A stretch of 36,659 bases of DNA, taken from an uncultured Spirochaetales bacterium. GTDB lineage: Bacteria; UBP6; UBA1177; CALOFP01. Every line of letters starts with the position of its first letter. Within the stretch, counting starts at the first letter, position 1. Location of the stretch: the NCBI GenBank assembly GCA_964542005.1, contig CAZISX010000001.1, positions 51,071 through 87,729 on the forward strand, given 5' to 3'. Positions 35,675-36,659 of this stretch are shown here, one piece after another. The position numbers and the translations under genes were made by a program. The notes beneath the pieces are model-generated. The model ran no database searches and was not told the DNA's origin. It worked only from the letters and a program-made list of their open reading frames with translations.

Positions 35675-36659
35675 TTAAAACCCTTCAACCTCAACGGCCT
35701 GAAATCTTTTTGTGTCTGCATCAAACGAAATGCCAAGCATGAATTTTTCTCTTGAATCAGTTTTGTAAGGTTCGGCATAACCCTTTTCTTTGATTTGAGC
35801 AATCGCATCACCAGCAGTTTTCGGCATCATTTTAAATTCAAGAACATACAAATAACTATCTGTTTTTATTACAGCATCAACCCGACCTTCGCTGGTTGAA
35901 ACTTCGCATTCAATATAAATTCCAATCATCTTAAGAATCAGAAAAATCAAAGAATGATAGTAAGCCTCTGTATTTTTTATGAAAATCTGGTGCGGAATTG
36001 AGGAGAAAAGAGCGTTTATGTTTTTCTGGAAATCGTTGATATTATTCTGCTCCAAAGCTCTTAAAAGATTTTTTGTTATCTGGCCGGTTGAGCTGATTTC
36101 TTTGCCCGATAAACCGCAGAGCAGATGACCGGAAAACGAATCTCTAACCTCTTTATTCGGATAATCCAAGATAAAGAAGCCGTATTTATCCTTCTCTTTT
36201 ATTGTAAGATAACCTGTTTGAAACATTAGAGCTTTTATATCCATCTCTCGCAAATCAAACTTGTCAAAAAAGATTGAGTCAACCTCTGTTTTTTCCAGTT
36301 CCTCCGGCGTTACTCCATTATCTCTTATAAAATTAACTAGAAAAGTCGGCGTGCCTGTTGCAAACCAGTAGTTGCTGAATTTATATGAACTGAAAAAACT
36401 GAGTAAAGAGAAAGGGTTATAAACCCGATCCTCTTCATTCCACGAATAGCCGTTGTACCAAATTTTAAGCTCTGAAAAAAGCTCCTCTTCTGTTACTTTA
36501 AGTTTTTCTAAAGCTATTTTTATATAGTCTGTAAATTCTTTTTTTATCTCTTCCTCAGTAATTCCAACAATTTGGCTATAATCTGGATGTGTTGTTATAT
36601 CAAGAAGATTATTCAGCTCAGAAAAAATACTCACTTTGGAAAACTTTGTAACCCCTGTC
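35675..36659 (-). CDS. AAA-ATPase_like / PD-(D/E)XK (PDDEXK_9, DUF1703-type) protein, 3' part (5' end outside window)
   Basis: The frame stays open to the window edge: upstream of the track's GTG it reads 'TGVTKFSKVSIFSELNNL', a conserved block of this family. The C-terminus is the nuclease-fold module: 'YYHSLIFLILKMIGIYIECEVSTSEGRVDAVIKTDSYLYVLEFK...AIAQIKEKGYAEPY'. Confidence 0.85.
   Translation of the reverse strand, partial: TGVTKFSKVSIFSELNNLLDITTHPDYSQIVGITEEEIKKEFTDYIKIALEKLKVTEEELFSELKIWYNGYSWNEEDRVYNPFSLLSFFSSYKFSNYWFATGTPTFLVNFIRDNGVTPEELEKTEVDSIFFDKFDLREMDIKALMFQTGYLTIKEKDKYGFFILDYPNKEVRDSFSGHLLCGLSGKEISSTGQITKNLLRALEQNNINDFQKNINALFSSIPHQIFIKNTEAYYHSLIFLILKMIGIYIECEVSTSEGRVDAVIKTDSYLYVLEFKMMPKTAGDAIAQIKEKGYAEPYKTDSREKFMLGISFDADTKRFQAVEVEGF

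Noticed and set aside
35468-35811. Track ORF 35506..35811(-), and an alternative minus-strand frame ending at 35468 that reads 'LQNILAEAIIAATGLSRADTEKLQKQQKLFETLL...'. The latter is reminiscent of the C-terminal 'TGLSxxEIxxL' helix-turn-helix tails of PD-(D/E)XK/Rpn-type proteins.
   Set aside because: The 101-aa ORF overlaps the end of the PDDEXK gene and is K/L/Q low-complexity. The alternative frame is only ~47 codons, begins right after a stop, and has no ATG or RBS. At best it is a gene remnant, and I cannot support it as a feature.

Overview
AT-rich (roughly 36-38% GC by eye), densely coded chromosomal segment from a flagellated bacterium. The phylum cannot be assigned from this window. 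I found no rRNA, tRNA, CRISPR array, IS element or integrase. All functional calls come from motif recognition by eye; no searches were run.

Left to right:
- 3' tail of a secreted S8-like peptidase.
- A receiver-domain signalling pair: a REC/PPDK_N ATP-grasp protein and a REC-HDOD protein.
- A minus-strand housekeeping cluster (M29 aminopeptidase, fhs, dGTPase-like HD hydrolase) that ends in a small VLRF1 (Vms1/ANKZF1-like) release-factor-fold gene.
- A divergent CPBP-type membrane protein.
- A 7TMR-DISM histidine kinase.
- A late flagellar cluster, pilZ-fliD-fliS, with an unusually long FliD (1119 aa) and a sigma54-like element in front of fliD.
- An exporter operon of HlyD plus two ABC-2 permeases, with no ATPase gene.
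- A complete F1Fo ATP synthase operon (atpB-atpE-orf174-b'-b-atpH-atpA-atpG-atpD-atpC). It carries a non-ATPase ORF resembling the RsbR N-terminal / sensor-globin domain between atpE and the b' gene.
- A tightly coupled three-gene plus-strand operon: a HEAT-repeat protein, an HD-GYP-like protein lacking the GYP motif, and a membrane pseudokinase with no N-lobe. This is my best candidate for an undescribed signalling system.
- A frameshifted multidomain CoA-disulfide/persulfide reductase (FAD-rhodanese-TusA-DsrE-like).
- The 3' part of an AAA-ATPase_like/PD-(D/E)XK gene that runs off the right edge.
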